This document shows positions 25,440 through 38,121 of a stretch of 64,000 bases of DNA, one piece after another. Position 1 is the first letter of the stretch. Each line of letters opens with the position of its first letter. Position numbers and translations under genes: made by a program. Under the pieces are notes generated by a model that was not told the DNA's origin, made no database searches, and was given only the letters and a program-made list of their open reading frames with translations. The stretch lies in assembly GCA_964019425.1 (NCBI GenBank), contig OZ025800.1:1054001-1118000 (forward strand), in the 5' to 3' direction. This stretch comes from Flectonema sp. DT1601 (Eukaryota).

Positions 25440-25990
25440 ACGACCTACTTCACGAGCACATAAATAAACTCTGTGGTAAAGACATTATTCAACCTCTGAG
25501 TGTTGATGATTTAAAACAGACAATAAATGTTCAGCTATCGGTACTTATATTCGATGTTGTTGTTGATAAAGTCAGACAGCACTACTTTCACGATTTCTCC
25601 CCCCTTTTTTTTCCATCTGTATTGATAGATATTTAACTACTTGTTTAAGTTAATATGCTAAGACAGACTCTGCACCTACTTCACGATATTTCTTTACTAT
25701 ATAATAATTTATGTTTTTTTTTTTTTTTTTTTTTTTTTCACCTTTCTAGCTTTTCTTCGTTTACTGGGAACCAAAATTCAACCTTTGTGTTGATAGGTGC
25801 ATCAGATTCTTAGGCAGTTGCCTGCGGAGTTCAGAACACGATAAGTGTGCCACAAGTATTGTTACTTTATTGACGGAAACATAGTTTGTCTTGTTTCCCC
25901 CCCAACCCCCTTTTTTTTGTTTTGTTTTAGTTTATCTTTGCAGTGTAATTCAACCTTTGAGTTGATGTGTTAGATAGACTTCACGAAATT
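25440..25990. repeat. Degenerate local repeat cluster
   Basis: ACTT(T)CACGA occurs at about 25447, 25584, 25678 and 25978, interleaved with ATTCAACCT(C/T)TG...GTTGAT at about 25487, 25776 and 25948. Confidence 0.55.
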
Positions 25991-28900
25991 ACTTTCTTTT
26001 TCAATGAATGTAGCTTTTCGTATCGTATTAAAATCCCCCGCCCCCCTTTCTTTTTTGCGTCTTCTTTTTACTCTGTGTTAACGCTAAGGTGATGAAAAGG
26101 TAACCACAGACGTTGTGACTCGCAGACTGAGAGCAGCTGTGGCTGTTTTTTCCACCCTCTTTTCTTTTCACATTAACCACACATCAGTAAAATATGATTC
26201 ACGTGTTGCTGACTTCTGGAGGGTATACCTTCCTTTTAGTTAGCATTTTAATACCATCATTTGGTGCACTGAGCGTCGTCTCTAGCTTATGTTAGAGAGC
26301 ATCGCCGTTCTGTTCCTCAATTTTAACAACTTTCAACGAGGACCGCACTGTTTGACAAATTTGTTAGTTTCTTTTAAAAACTTAATTCGTACGCTAGCAG
26401 TGATATTCAATAGTAGTATTGACATGTTAGTTACGCTTGTTGTTATTTATTTATTTTTATAATTTGGTACTCATCATGTTTTCTTTGTGCAGACATGTGG
26501 GTTCAGTGATGTGAAGGTACTAAAAACTGTTGCCCTACTTGTGAACTTCTTTCCAGAACTGGTTTTCGGTCACAATGACATGGTAAAATCAGACGGAAGA
26601 ATGTACTCGTTTTGTAGTCTGCGTTCATAATGCTATTGCTTTCGCTAACGGATACTCGGCATCAATGCTGACACGTTTCGTAGGCTTCTTTTTAAGAATG
26701 TAGATGATATTGTTTCCATCAGTAGTGGAATAATCTTACATTTTTTTGGTTCTGAATTTGTTTTTTTTGTAACTACTAATTAGGTGGCATTATCAAACAT
26801 GAGTTTCTTTTTTTTTACTCTTATATTTGTATGGTGCGATCTTATATCGAAGTTGCCCGGTCGGTGCATCTACTTGTTGAACTCGCTGACCATCTCATTG
26901 TATGTCAGTGACCGTTAAAATATCAGGTATGATGAATCGGTTTCCCCCCCTTTTTTTTCTTTTTTTTTTTTGGTGCTTTTTAGCATTGCCTTGAATAAAA
27001 TAGCTCGCGGAATCTTTGGGGAGTATTCATAAATATATTCCTTTTTTTTTTCCCCTCCACACTTTGACGTGACTTGCACCAGTTTATGTGCTTTTGAACC
27101 TTACCTCCACACCTTTTGGCATTTTTTTTTTTTTTTTTTTTGATTCGGATTCAAAAAAAAAAAAAAAAATAATAATGATAATGATAATAATAATTAAAAA
27201 AAAAAAAAAAAAATTGCCTCTCTTCCCCCTGTTTTGGTTTGGTTTCTGAAAGGGATTTTTCTTTTTCCTCTGGTTGCTTTTTGTGTGCTTTTTTTTTAAA
27301 AAAAAAAAAAAACATCCTTATTGCAGAAAGCTGTCTTAATTTTCTCTATATCGCTTTATATTTAATTACAAGTTCTCAGTTGAAGCTGTTCCGGCATCAC
27401 GGGCTTTGGTACGAATTTATTCCTCTTTGCAAAATATATTTTGGTTGCATATTTTCAATTCCCGTTGCATTTTCCCTCTGCTTAGTTTTTCCCCCCTCCT
27501 GTTCTTGTCGGTAGTGGGTACTGGAACGAGATTTTCTTCTTCAGAAAAACTAAAAAAAAAAAAAAAAAAAAAAACATAATCTCCTTAATGTTTTCTCCCT
27601 CAAAATACTAAAGAATAGAAAAATAGAAACAAATAGTGTATGTATGTGTGTTGTGTGTGTTTAGGAATGCACTAAGATAATCTTATTGTACTGCATGCAT
27701 ATTGCGTGCAGTGCACAACAATCGTTCGATACTGCAGTTTAAAGTTTTCTTTTATTTCTTTTTTTTTCCCCCTTCTTTTCCTTCCCATTCTATCGACTGC
27801 TGTTATTGCAGTTATTTTTTTTCCCTCTCTCTCTCTTTTACTTCCTCTTCCTCTCGTTTTTATCTTTATCCCCTCTTTTTTTTTTTTCCTTCTTTAAATT
27901 AACCTTGAATACGATGTTGGCAAATCTTCTAATGCAGCAGTTGGTGTGAACTATTGTTGCAACATAAATAGCCAAAAAAAAAAAAAAAATCTTGTTTAGT
28001 TTGTACCTACAAGGTTGCGAAATGTGAGTCAACATTGGTCATCACAAGTGTAGTCACTTCAAACTTTGACCTGATTACAATGGTTGTGTATAATGGTTTT
28101 TCTTATTTTTTCTTTTTTTTTGCAACTAAGAGTAAGAACTAACAAGGGAAAAAAAAAAAAAAAAAAAAAAAAAGAATGTTGTATCTTGCGAGGTAAAACC
28201 TTTTTACTTTGCATACTTTTATCAGGTTTATGGATCACAATTCTATTTGCAATTAAAAAGTCTCAAAAGCTGACTTTTTTAATGTTGATGCTAAAAGTCA
28301 TTTTTCTTCTTTGCAGTGAGTTATGGCAACAATACTGTTATAACTTTTTTTTTCTTCTTTTTTTTTTAATTTTCTTTCTTCCTTTCCAATTTTTTTTTTT
28401 TTTTTTGATACGGTGGTTATTCTCTACGGAATTGACACTTATTTTGCGATCCATATTTCTATTTCTTCTTAAGACTCCCCATATCATGCAATCTTTTCCT
28501 CTTCTTCTTCTTCTTCCCCCTTCTCGTGCTTTCAGCACATCATCAAGGTGGTGGCGGTTTAGCTTGTCCTCTCTAAGTTGGATGAAGAAGCTTAGCTTGC
28601 AGTTTTATTTTGCAATTAACAACGCACGTTCTTTCGCTTTTTCAGTTTAAGTCGGTTCGCGGTTTCGTGCACAAACAAACCATCAACACGTGTTGTATTA
28701 CAAATCTCTGTTGTAGTTAAAGTTAAGGCCAAATTATTCTTTTTTTTCCCTTCTTCTTCAGATATCTATTTTAATCCTAAACTTTTTACTCCTGGACTAC
28801 GTCCTCTTCTCTTGATTCCACTACGGCAGCTAACGTGCATTTGTAGTGGCTTTTCTTTATTGTTATCACCGTCTTGGATAAATTTTGTTTTTTAAAGTAA

Positions 28901-30184
28901 GTCTTTACTCTACCAGTGTGATTTTTGTCCTCCTGAACTGATGATATCTATATGGCCTTTCTCTGGGTATTTAAAAAAAAAAAAAAAAAAAGAAAATAAA
29001 TTGAACACACACACAGACATATTCGTTTGATTAAAGGGTTCTTGGTGTAGGTCACCTTTTTCTTAAAAAGGAGCTGTTAAAGTCTAATGAAGGGCGATAG
29101 CTTCCTTTCCTTTATTCAAATTAATGAAGGTGGTTTTTTTTTTTTCCTTCTTAAGTTTGTACAAAAAAAAACAAACAAACAAACAAAAAAAACGCCAACT
29201 CACGCAAACAAAACAAAATTAGTTATCTCACCACTTGTAAAGTTAATTTTCGATTTTTTTTTTTTTTTTTTTTTTTTTTTGGTTTGTTTGTTTGTGATAG
29301 CTTGGTACACTCGGATTACGGTGTCTTCTTTTTATCTTCTTCTTTTTTTTAAATGCCAGAAATGACAGCAGGGAAGTTGTTGTTCACTCTTTGCTGTAGG
29401 ACTCTCAATATTCCTCAAGCATGCAGCACACATGTGTTGGTGAAGGGAGGGGAAAAAAAAAAAAAACTGATGTTTGGCCCTAGGTTCCTTTTTTTATACT
29501 ATTTAGATAAATAAATAAAATGACAGTGGGATTATTTAATTTATATTTAATTTTCCTTTTTCTTTTTCTTTTTCTTTTTTTTCTCCCTCCTTTTTTTTTT
29601 TAAAATTTAAATACTTGAAAAAAAAAAAAAAAAAAAAAGGTCTTCTTAAGGAACCGTTTTGCAGCGGCCCTCTGTCGGTTTTATTCCTTTCTTCCTTTTG
29701 GCTGATATTTCTCATTTGCGCCGGCCAACCAGTTCATGCACAGACAGCTACTTGCACCTGTGTACCTGAAATACCGAAACTTATTATTTTTTCTCCTTTT
29801 TTATTCCTTGTCACGTTGAAGGTGAATCTGTTATGGCATCAGACTGACACTCGTCAAGTCTCCACTACCGGGTTTTTTTTGCTTGTTTGTTTGTGGTGGA
29901 AAAAAAAAAAAATAATGCTGAATTATGGGCAAGGCTCAAGTTGACACACACAGGTCGACTATTTTTGTGACTCTTTTCGTGCTTTCCACCAGAGGTGTCA
30001 TTGATCTCTGAGTTCCGACTTTCTTGTCTTTTCGACGAGGTGATCGACAAGGCGAGAGAAAAAAAAAAAAAAAAACTTCTTTTTACTCGATCTATTTAAA
30101 ATAAAGGGAAAAAAAAAAAAAAAATAATACTTCAAAAAAAATAAGTCCCTCGTTGAGAGGAAAATTTTGAAAATTATTTTTTAG

Positions 30185-30217
<33 letters not shown>

Positions 30218-30509
30218 TATTCTTTATTATTGCAATGCCTCTTTCCTAGCTCCATTGGGCAAAGAAAAAAAAAGGAGAACTAAAATTTTTTCACACCAGT
30301 TTGTTGCAGCTAAGCGAACAACTCTACGAACCTCTTCCCCAGACCCTCCTATGCCCGCAACTACCCTTTTCTGATAGTTGACCTTGCGAAGAAGAATGGA
30401 ACAAGAAAACAAAACAAACGAAGAAAGGAACAAACCTGCAGTATAAAAATAGCTTCATGGTTAAACTACTTCAGTATGAAAGTCTTTTTTCTTTTTTGCA
30501 CTCGTTATT

Positions 30510-30541
30510 TCCTTTTTTTTTCTTCTCCCCCCATTCTACAG
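30510..30541 (+). promoter_or_regulatory. Candidate splice acceptor (polypyrimidine tract + AG) at the head of the gene array, possibly an SL trans-splice site
   Basis: TCCTTTTTTTTTCTTCTCCCCCCATTCTACAG lies 99 nt upstream of the first ATG. Similar tracts precede other genes (AG at 32505, 38082, 39023, 52351, 57061). Confidence 0.4.
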
Positions 30542-30639
30542 ATTAAACGACAATATCCTTACCAATACAGGTTCTGGTTTTTAGTATTAAAATAATAGAA
30601 TTATTATTATTATTTCTCCATCAGCACATTTAAAGAAGG

Positions 30640-31854
30640 ATGTCTATGGCTCGTTCATCATCTCCATCAGACAGAGGGTTGTATACATCACAAAAGGAAT
30701 TAATGATGATGAAACAAGGACACCGAACTCCCCTAAAGACAAATCCAGCGGATAGACCTGGGAGTGAAGATCCAGAGTTGGCAAGAGCTTCTCAAAGTCC
30801 TGAACTAAGAGGGACACGTTATGTGGCGTATGCTGAAGCTCCTCCGGCAGAACTTGTGAATTCACCTCCCCGAGGATATTCAAATGGTTTAGAATTTAGT
30901 CATCGAGACTTCAGTTCTGAAAAGAGAGATCATGCTACACCAATACGGCATCGACCTGTTAGAAATGAGAGCAGAAAAGAACGATCCGTATCTCCTGTTA
31001 GAATGCCTCCAAGAACTGATCCACAGAGTCCATGGGCACCTATCGATTCATCAAATCCTTATCAATTTAGACAACCATATCCACCAACAAGAGTTAATAA
31101 TATTCAACCTCATATTGTAAGGACAGAAGTAGTGAGGAGAGATCCAAGAGATATTTCACCTCCTCCTAGAGATGGAATTGTTAATTACTCAAGTCCTCCA
31201 CCAACTGATAGATATGTTGGACCAGGACAAACTGTAGATAATCGACCTGTTTTTGAATGGCAAGACGGGTCAGTTCAAAAAGAGCAACCCGTCACACATG
31301 TTGAGCCTCCTGCAGCCTGGCACGCTAGCAATTACGTTCCTGAAGGGATCCTTCAAAGACCTGACAAATCGGAACCAGACTTCCATCCAGCACGTCAACA
31401 ACGTCACCCAAAGTGGGCAGATCCGTCTTATGATAAAATGAAAATATTTACTCCAAACCTGTCAGGTCATTGGATCGCCCAACCAGGTGGTGACGAAGTT
31501 ATAAAAGTAACTCACGACACTGCTTTGAATCGAATTGTAGGAGTCGTTGCCAGGGATGCCTCGTGGTCGGATATCAAGAGTGGTCAAACTATTGAAGGAC
31601 AAGTTTTAGTTGATGGCTCTGTAGAGATGAGACTTGGACGAACTCCTGTTCTTCGTCTTCACCCACAAGTGATGTCAGATGGAAGACTAACTCTAAATCC
31701 AGCACCAAATACTTATGGTAATCAAGGATATTGGGATGTTGTGACTAGTGGTGTTGATCAAGCTGTTCACACTGCGCAAAGTAGTTCTCCTGAACATCCG
31801 TCTACTGTAGTTCATTCTCCTGGAAGTGGTTCTATAATTAACATTTTCACGTAA
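30640..31854 (+). CDS. Hypothetical protein (404 aa): Pro/Ser/Arg-rich disordered N-terminus and a probable C-terminal beta-rich domain
   Basis: Long ORF free of homopolymers, with normal codon composition. It is preceded by a pyrimidine tract + AG (30541) and a probable 5'UTR intron (30571-30624). A possible intron at 31851-31967 would move the stop to 31969-31971 without changing the protein. Confidence 0.85.
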   Translation: MSMARSSSPSDRGLYTSQKELMMMKQGHRTPLKTNPADRPGSEDPELARASQSPELRGTRYVAYAEAPPAELVNSPPRGYSNGLEFSHRDFSSEKRDHATPIRHRPVRNESRKERSVSPVRMPPRTDPQSPWAPIDSSNPYQFRQPYPPTRVNNIQPHIVRTEVVRRDPRDISPPPRDGIVNYSSPPPTDRYVGPGQTVDNRPVFEWQDGSVQKEQPVTHVEPPAAWHASNYVPEGILQRPDKSEPDFHPARQQRHPKWADPSYDKMKIFTPNLSGHWIAQPGGDEVIKVTHDTALNRIVGVVARDASWSDIKSGQTIEGQVLVDGSVEMRLGRTPVLRLHPQVMSDGRLTLNPAPNTYGNQGYWDVVTSGVDQAVHTAQSSSPEHPSTVVHSPGSGSIINIFT

Positions 31855-32477
31855 GCAAGGTTAGAGTGCCATCGATGACTTTATTGACAGCACAGCTGTT
31901 AACTCATTCAAGACGTGGCTTTGTGTCGCTCGGACACTAAGTCAGTTGTTAAATACTAATCAAACAGGTGATTATTAAGAGTGGTAGTTTTCCAAAATAT
32001 GATTAGGATGTCTATTGACATTCTTCAATGAGGTGGTGGTTCGGATATTTTTGTATTTTAAGTTTTACTAATTCATTTATCTTTTGTTTCTCTAAAAGAA
32101 TTTGAAACTATTTGTATTGTTCCTACATATTCGCACTTGACTGGTGGATTTCTCTTCCCATTCCTATTTTTTTTTAACCCCTATATTCCCCTATATTCCA
32201 CGTAGGTTGCGTGTTCACTTCAGTTTCTCGTTTGTTCGATTTTCTGGATGGTCTCCGCGGTACTTGTGATCGGTACTTGTTGGCTTCTAAGAACCAAATT
32301 CTTTGTATCTTTTTATTTTATTTATGACGTCCGCTAAGTTGGGGAAACCATCTTTTTTTGTATTTATAAAACACTGTAGGACTTTTTTAAACGCAAACCG
32401 CCACTTGTAAGACTTTAGTGGGGAGAGGAATTGAGAAGGAAATGGCTTTGGAATGTAGTTGATTTTTTTAATCATTT

Positions 32478-32505
32478 CCCCCCCCCCCCCCCCCCCTTTT
32501 TTCAG
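32478..32505 (+). promoter_or_regulatory. Candidate splice acceptor (C/T tract + AG) upstream of serA
   Basis: Long C run then TTTTTTCAG, followed by a probable 36-nt 5'UTR intron (32598-32633). Confidence 0.4.
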
Positions 32506-32666
32506 CATCATAAAACACGTCTGTGGAGTGCAGTACGTAGCGCGCTACTAACTTACAAAGTCGGATATCTTGTTAGTGGGGTGTGACTTCAAGGGAGGTT
32601 ATTATTTTTTTTAATTATTTTCATTAAAAACAGATCTTATTACTATTCTTAAAAAAAATAAATAAA

Positions 32667-33995
32667 ATGGGAGACTCACCTAAAAATGGAACCTCATTTC
32701 CAAAGAGCAAGATAAAGATCTTGTTATTGGAGAACATTCACAAAAAAGCTGTTGAACTTTTAAAGAATGAGGGATTCACAGTTGAGACCACCGCTGGAGC
32801 TGTCAACGGAGAGGAGTTAATTGAGAAAATGAAGGATTGCCGTGTTGTTGGTGTGCGTTCAAAGACGAAGTTGACAAAAGAAGTACTGGATGCAGCAAAA
32901 AAATTGATGTGCATTGGTTGCTTCTGTATTGGTACCGATCAAACACATCTTCCAACTGCTGAGGCTAAGGCAGTTCCTGTTTTCAACTCTCCTTTCTCAA
33001 ACTCGAGATCAGTTGCTGAGCTAATCATCGGATGTGTCATCTCACTCGCCAGACAGCTTCCAATGCGTACTTCAGAAATGCACTCTGATCGCTGGATGAA
33101 AACCGCCACAGGATGCAATGAAATCAGAGGAAAGACACTCGGAATAATTGGATACGGTCACATTGGATCACAATTATCAGTATTAGCTGAGGCATTAGGA
33201 ATGCGTGTTATCTACAAAGACCGTAAGACTGTGATGCCTCTCGGAAACGCTCGTCAAGTAGAAACTCTTCCTGAACTTCTTCAGGAAGCTGACTTTGTTA
33301 CCCTTCACGTCCCAGACACACCTGAAACTCGTTACATGATCAACGCTGAGCAGATCGCACTGATGAAGAATGGCTCATACCTTCTCAATGCTTCCCGTGG
33401 TACCGTCGTTGATCTCGATGCCTTTGCCGACGCAATCAAATCCAAGAAACTTCGTGGAGGAATGGTTGACGTGTACCCAAAGGAACCAGCAAAGAATGGA
33501 GAGTATGTTAACCTTATTATTATTATTATTACTACTACTACACACCTAAAAGGATGAAATAACAACCAAACCAACAGAATGAAGCCACAGGGTGTAGACA
33601 TTCCACTTGTTGGACTTCCAAATGTAATTTTGACTCCTCACATTGGAGGATCAACTGAGGAAGCACAGGAGGCTATTGGTGTTGAAGTCGCAAGTAAGAT
33701 CATTGCTTACATTAATAATGGTGACTCTGATGGAGCAGTTAACTTCCCTAATGTCACTCCACCAGCTGTGAAAGATGGATTCCACAGACTGCTTAACGTT
33801 CACAGTAACGTTCCAGGTGTTCTGAGAAGACTTAACAACGTAATTGGTGACCTCGGAAATATTTCTTTCCAACAGGTATCAACAAACGACAACATTGGTT
33901 ACTACCTTGTAGACGTTGAATCTGCATTCTCTGAAGAAGCTCTTGATAAAATCTCTGAGTTCGATGTCAATCTGAGAACCAGAGTGTTGTTCTAG
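32667..33995 (+). CDS. serA: D-3-phosphoglycerate dehydrogenase (SerA type with C-terminal ACT domain), 417 aa, 2 exons
   Basis: Exons 32667-33502 and 33578-33995, with GT-AG intron 33503-33577 restoring the frame (KNGE/MKPQ). Motifs GCFCIGT, NSPFSNSRSVAE, GIIGYGHIG (NAD binding), NASRG, DVYPKEP, LTPHIGGSTEEAQ and ACT-like HSNVPGVL. Confidence 0.96.
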
Positions 33996-34732
33996 TTGCT
34001 TTTTTTTTTACTTCTTTGTTTTCTTGGATTTTGTTCGTACCTTCGCTCCTTTCCTTTTCTCTCTCTTTTTTTTTTTTTAAATTCTTTTAAAGTTGATTCA
34101 TCATCAGAGTTGAGAAAAAAAAAAAAAAAAAAAAAAAAAGAATAGACGGCATCTGGTGATGAGTGGAAGGATTTATTTTGAAAAAAAAAAAAACAAAAAA
34201 AGTGAAACTGGGATTGAAAGAACTAGAGAAATGAATAAAAAAAAAAAAAAAAGAAATTGCGCGTGAAAAAACTATCGTAGTGGGGATTTTGTGGTGTCTC
34301 TCGTGATCGCACTCTTGAGGGATTTTAAGTGCGAACATAACATTGATTTATTTATTTTTATTTGTTTTTGTTGTTGTGGACCATACCTGTACCCCTTTGA
34401 AGGAGAAATCTATTTCGCCCTTTTAAAGGGGCACAGCTATAGAGAATTGTTCCTTTTTTTTATATTCTCTTTTGAAAAAGGAAATTTTTTTTGATTATTT
34501 GATTTTTTTTGATTTACTTATTCTGAAAAGAAAAAAATGTTTTTTTTTAAAAAAACATCAACTAATAACCCATGTGTATTACATGCGTGAGTTGCTTGTT
34601 TTTTTGTTTTGTTTTGAATCAACCTTTCTGATTCTTGTGTTGCATCCTCAAGATAGAATGAATGCGACGGCTTTTACATTTTATGATTTAGATTATCCTA
34701 ATACTTTGCAGCGAGTGGCTGGACAACGCTAA

Positions 34733-34780
<48 letters not shown>

Positions 34781-35837
34781 TAGCTAAGACTCCACCATGA
34801 TAAGGGGAAAAAAAAATAAATAAAATTTTGAAAAAAAGAATGTGTTCTTCTTGGTTTGTGTTTTTGCGAACGCAGAAAACAAATTCTTTTCTCTTTGTTT
34901 TTGTAAAGTTGATGCCTTGACTTGTGTTGTGCTTATCATATGGTCCGACACCCCACGGATCATTGAGAAGTGACTTGGTCGGTTTACCGGCTAGGAGGAG
35001 TGAAGGGAAAAAAAAAAAAAAAAAAAAGTTTTTATTGAGAAAGACAATCGGGGAAAAAGAAAAAAAAAAAAAAAAAAAAACGTCACACAACGGCAATTTG
35101 GCAAGACGCTTCGAAGAGTCCAAGGCAGGGAATTCCACCCGTCGTGGACTTGTGTGTAGTGTCCCGATGGCAGCCCAGCTGTGTTCTTTGTTTTCGATCT
35201 TTTCATTTTTTTTTTAAAGGAAAAGACCGATTTCAATTATTTTTTTCACCCCCCAAACATTTTTTTTATCCGAAATAAAAAGAAAATAAACTATCCCCTC
35301 CCTTTCTTCATCACCTATCAACACGCTGGAGCCCAGTGCTAGCTTGCTCGTTTTCGTACAAGCAACCAAGCAGAGGCTACTCGTTGGTTGTGTTTGTTTA
35401 TTTGGTTTCTCCTTTTCAAATAAAAGAAAAATGTACGTAATACTTGAATAACCGCGCTTCTTAAAGCGAATTCGAAATAGAAAAAAAAAAATAATAATAA
35501 CAACAAACTACTATAGGAATCACCGAAGTCGATTTTCTTGCCATAGAAGCAAAAGCTTAAAAGCAACAAGAAAAAAAAAATGAAAAGAAAACTTGTCTGA
35601 AATAACTGCTGTCCTCCTTCACGGAGAATAAAAAAAACAGTCAGAAGGTTATTGAAAGCATCAGCACTGATAACAGGTTTTTATAAAGTAATTATATTTT
35701 CTATTTCTATTTTTTAACAGTATTTCTTATGTAAGGAAGTCAGAGTCCTAAACAACAGTACAATACAATAATAACTTCTAACGTGTACAATAATATGTTT
35801 TTTTTTTTTCCAGGTATGACTCCTCACTCATGAAGGA

Positions 35838-37760
35838 ATGTCGTGCATCTCAACTGCTAATTGGGAACGAGGTAGTTTCACCGAACGAGAATCCGAAGCT
35901 AATGGATTGCCACCTCTGAACACTCCTGATTCAAGTGATGTCGTAGGATGGAAGATAAACTTAGTCCTCCCGAAAGTAAGGAGCAGCATCATAGGAACTG
36001 TTAGGGCAGGTAGTCAGCAGACCTTATCACCGTATACAACAATAATTAACGAGAAAACATTAAAAAATGTAAAATTAGCTAATAAAGTAATCACAGATGA
36101 CATGGAAGAACAAAGTGAATCACCTTCACTGGGCATGTCAGGATTGTCTTCAACGATACCTGATCGAAAGAAATATTTTGATGAAACGTTAGAATGTATT
36201 ACTGTTGAATGGCAACACCATCTCAGACTTAGAAGAGAGTTAGATGATCCTAAATGGCCTGAGAGAGGGAGTACGACACCACCACCACCTCCTCCAATTA
36301 TCAGATGTGATAGTCTGTTGGTTCAGAATTCAACTAAGAAAGCAACAGGTCGGATTGTTTTACCGACGGTTTCGGCTTCAGAATATTTCTTATCCAGCGA
36401 TGAAGTCAAAGCACCTCTGCGAGGACATTTCGTCCACGCGGAAGTCCGTTCAAAAATATCAACTCTTCGACAAGACGACACTGAATGGTTACTTTTTCGC
36501 AATCGAATTGGTGGAGTTGTCAAACGACAACGAAAGAGAGTTGGCAGAGGATTCGTCAACGCAAATAAATCAAACATTCAAAGGTGTGGTGTGACGTCGA
36601 CAGCCTGGGCTCAACGTCGCAAACAATTAATTAAATCTCGTGAAGTAGATTTTCAAAAATATTCAAAAGGTGTAGCAGACATCACTACCGACACCAGAAT
36701 AGCTCTTAGAAAGATGTTACAGCAACAGGCATTTAACTGGTCAGTTATTATTATTCAGTTACTCTTTCATGAGAAATCGACTCTCAAAATTAATAAACCA
36801 ATCCATCGACACTTATCAAATGTCATATCGCCTGTTATAAGCATCCAACGATGGTGGAAACAGTGTCGAAAAAAACTAAAATGGAAAATGTCAAGAGACT
36901 ATGCACAATTAGTAGTTTGTCGGTTTATGTATAAACTTGTATTGCTTAAAAGGGAATCAAAAAAACCAAGGAAGGTAAGCTTAATTATTGTTTTTTTACT
37001 ACAATACCAACGTATAATGGTAATTCCCTTCAGTATTGCAAAATACCTTCGAGTGACATTGACTTTGCAACGGTGGTGGCGTCGGGGAAAACGCCGTCGG
37101 GAAGCAAGAGAAACACTCGCAAAACTTCAAATTGAGCAGCACTATGTCAAATTTATACAAAAACTAGATCGAAAGATCGAAGAAACCAGATCGAAGATGT
37201 TTGAGAATCCGAAAGCTTTATCTCATCAAAAAACAAGAATAAAATTAGCGCCGATCAGAGCAAAACTTGAACAGGCAATGCGGAGCCGTCACACAATGGA
37301 AAGTATCGATAGAACAATCCTCGAAAACGCGATCACTAACACACTCAGCGCAACTCAGCAGAGGTATAGCGAACAAGTTAGAAGCTTTGGAACGGCATAC
37401 AAAGAATGGAAAAAAAAACATGACTTTTCACTTGATCGTCAACAAGCTCAGTACGGAGACCTACTAGTTGGAAAGTTCCGTGAAACTGTTGAAATGATAA
37501 GAAAGTGTAAAGGTATTCAAAGACCAATGGATGACTTATCCTCTCCAAGTGAAGTTCTTCAATCGGGAGGTAATACGCTACTCGATGACTTGATACGAGA
37601 CAAACCAGTCCCTCCACGACCTCCTTTATTATTAAGTAAAACACAGCTAGAAGAGTTGTTTGATTTCTGCATTAAAGAGTCAGATAAAAAGAGAAGGGAC
37701 TTGGTGTCAAGTAATTCATCATTGGCTTCATCAGCACATCAATGCCTAAACACGTTGTAG
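35838..37760 (+). CDS. Hypothetical basic protein (640 aa) with two IQ-like calmodulin-binding motifs and coiled coil
   Basis: Uninterrupted 640-codon ORF with ISIQRWWKQCR and LTLQRWWRRGK motifs and a helical C-terminal half. Confidence 0.85.
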   Translation: MSCISTANWERGSFTERESEANGLPPLNTPDSSDVVGWKINLVLPKVRSSIIGTVRAGSQQTLSPYTTIINEKTLKNVKLANKVITDDMEEQSESPSLGMSGLSSTIPDRKKYFDETLECITVEWQHHLRLRRELDDPKWPERGSTTPPPPPPIIRCDSLLVQNSTKKATGRIVLPTVSASEYFLSSDEVKAPLRGHFVHAEVRSKISTLRQDDTEWLLFRNRIGGVVKRQRKRVGRGFVNANKSNIQRCGVTSTAWAQRRKQLIKSREVDFQKYSKGVADITTDTRIALRKMLQQQAFNWSVIIIQLLFHEKSTLKINKPIHRHLSNVISPVISIQRWWKQCRKKLKWKMSRDYAQLVVCRFMYKLVLLKRESKKPRKVSLIIVFLLQYQRIMVIPFSIAKYLRVTLTLQRWWRRGKRRREARETLAKLQIEQHYVKFIQKLDRKIEETRSKMFENPKALSHQKTRIKLAPIRAKLEQAMRSRHTMESIDRTILENAITNTLSATQQRYSEQVRSFGTAYKEWKKKHDFSLDRQQAQYGDLLVGKFRETVEMIRKCKGIQRPMDDLSSPSEVLQSGGNTLLDDLIRDKPVPPRPPLLLSKTQLEELFDFCIKESDKKRRDLVSSNSSLASSAHQCLNTL

Positions 37761-38121
37761 TTAGATTGGCTGATAATTCTGAAGAATACATTTTTTTGTA
37801 TTATTTTGTGTGTGTTGTTGTTGCCGCTCAAATAGTTGAATTACAACTGCTTGGAGTGTTCCTTTCTTTACAGATAGTTGTTCGCTCTGATTTATGTATC
37901 CCATTTGGAAGTTCAATTTACACAAGTTGTTTTGAGAAAAAAAGGTCAATCAGTCACCACAATTTATTGCAGTAATTCACTTAAAGGGAAGCATGGATTA
38001 TGATTGTTTTTTGTGTGGAATTTTTGTTTATTTTATTATTTCTTTTTTTTTTTTGTTATTTAAAAATTCATTCTTCCTGTAGGAGCCGCTCGTGCAAGTC
38101 TTATCCGCATATTATAACAAA

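Noticed and set aside
26089..26131. GTGATGA...CTGA, a possible C/D box snoRNA (similar case at about 16869-16904)
   Set aside because: The boxes are only about 30-40 nt apart, with no terminal stem and no recognisable rRNA guide.
26492..26735. Homopolymer-poor stretch after TTTGTGCAG that could be an exon
   Set aside because: The longest open frame is about 45 codons, with no recognisable motif and no partner exons found.
29615..29944. ORF with a signal-peptide-like stretch (LSVLFLSSFWLIFLICAGQPVHAQ)
   Set aside because: It starts at TTG in a poly-A run, and its hydrophobicity is explained by T-rich DNA.
371..30433. Dozens of 60-196 aa ORFs in the ORF track
   Set aside because: Apart from the transposon ORFs, they are poly-Phe/poly-Lys translations of T/A runs or short featureless frames, often with non-ATG starts and no recognisable domains.
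32537..32548. Perfect 12-bp palindrome GTAGCGCGCTAC upstream of serA
   Set aside because: It is a single short palindrome with no second occurrence or other support.
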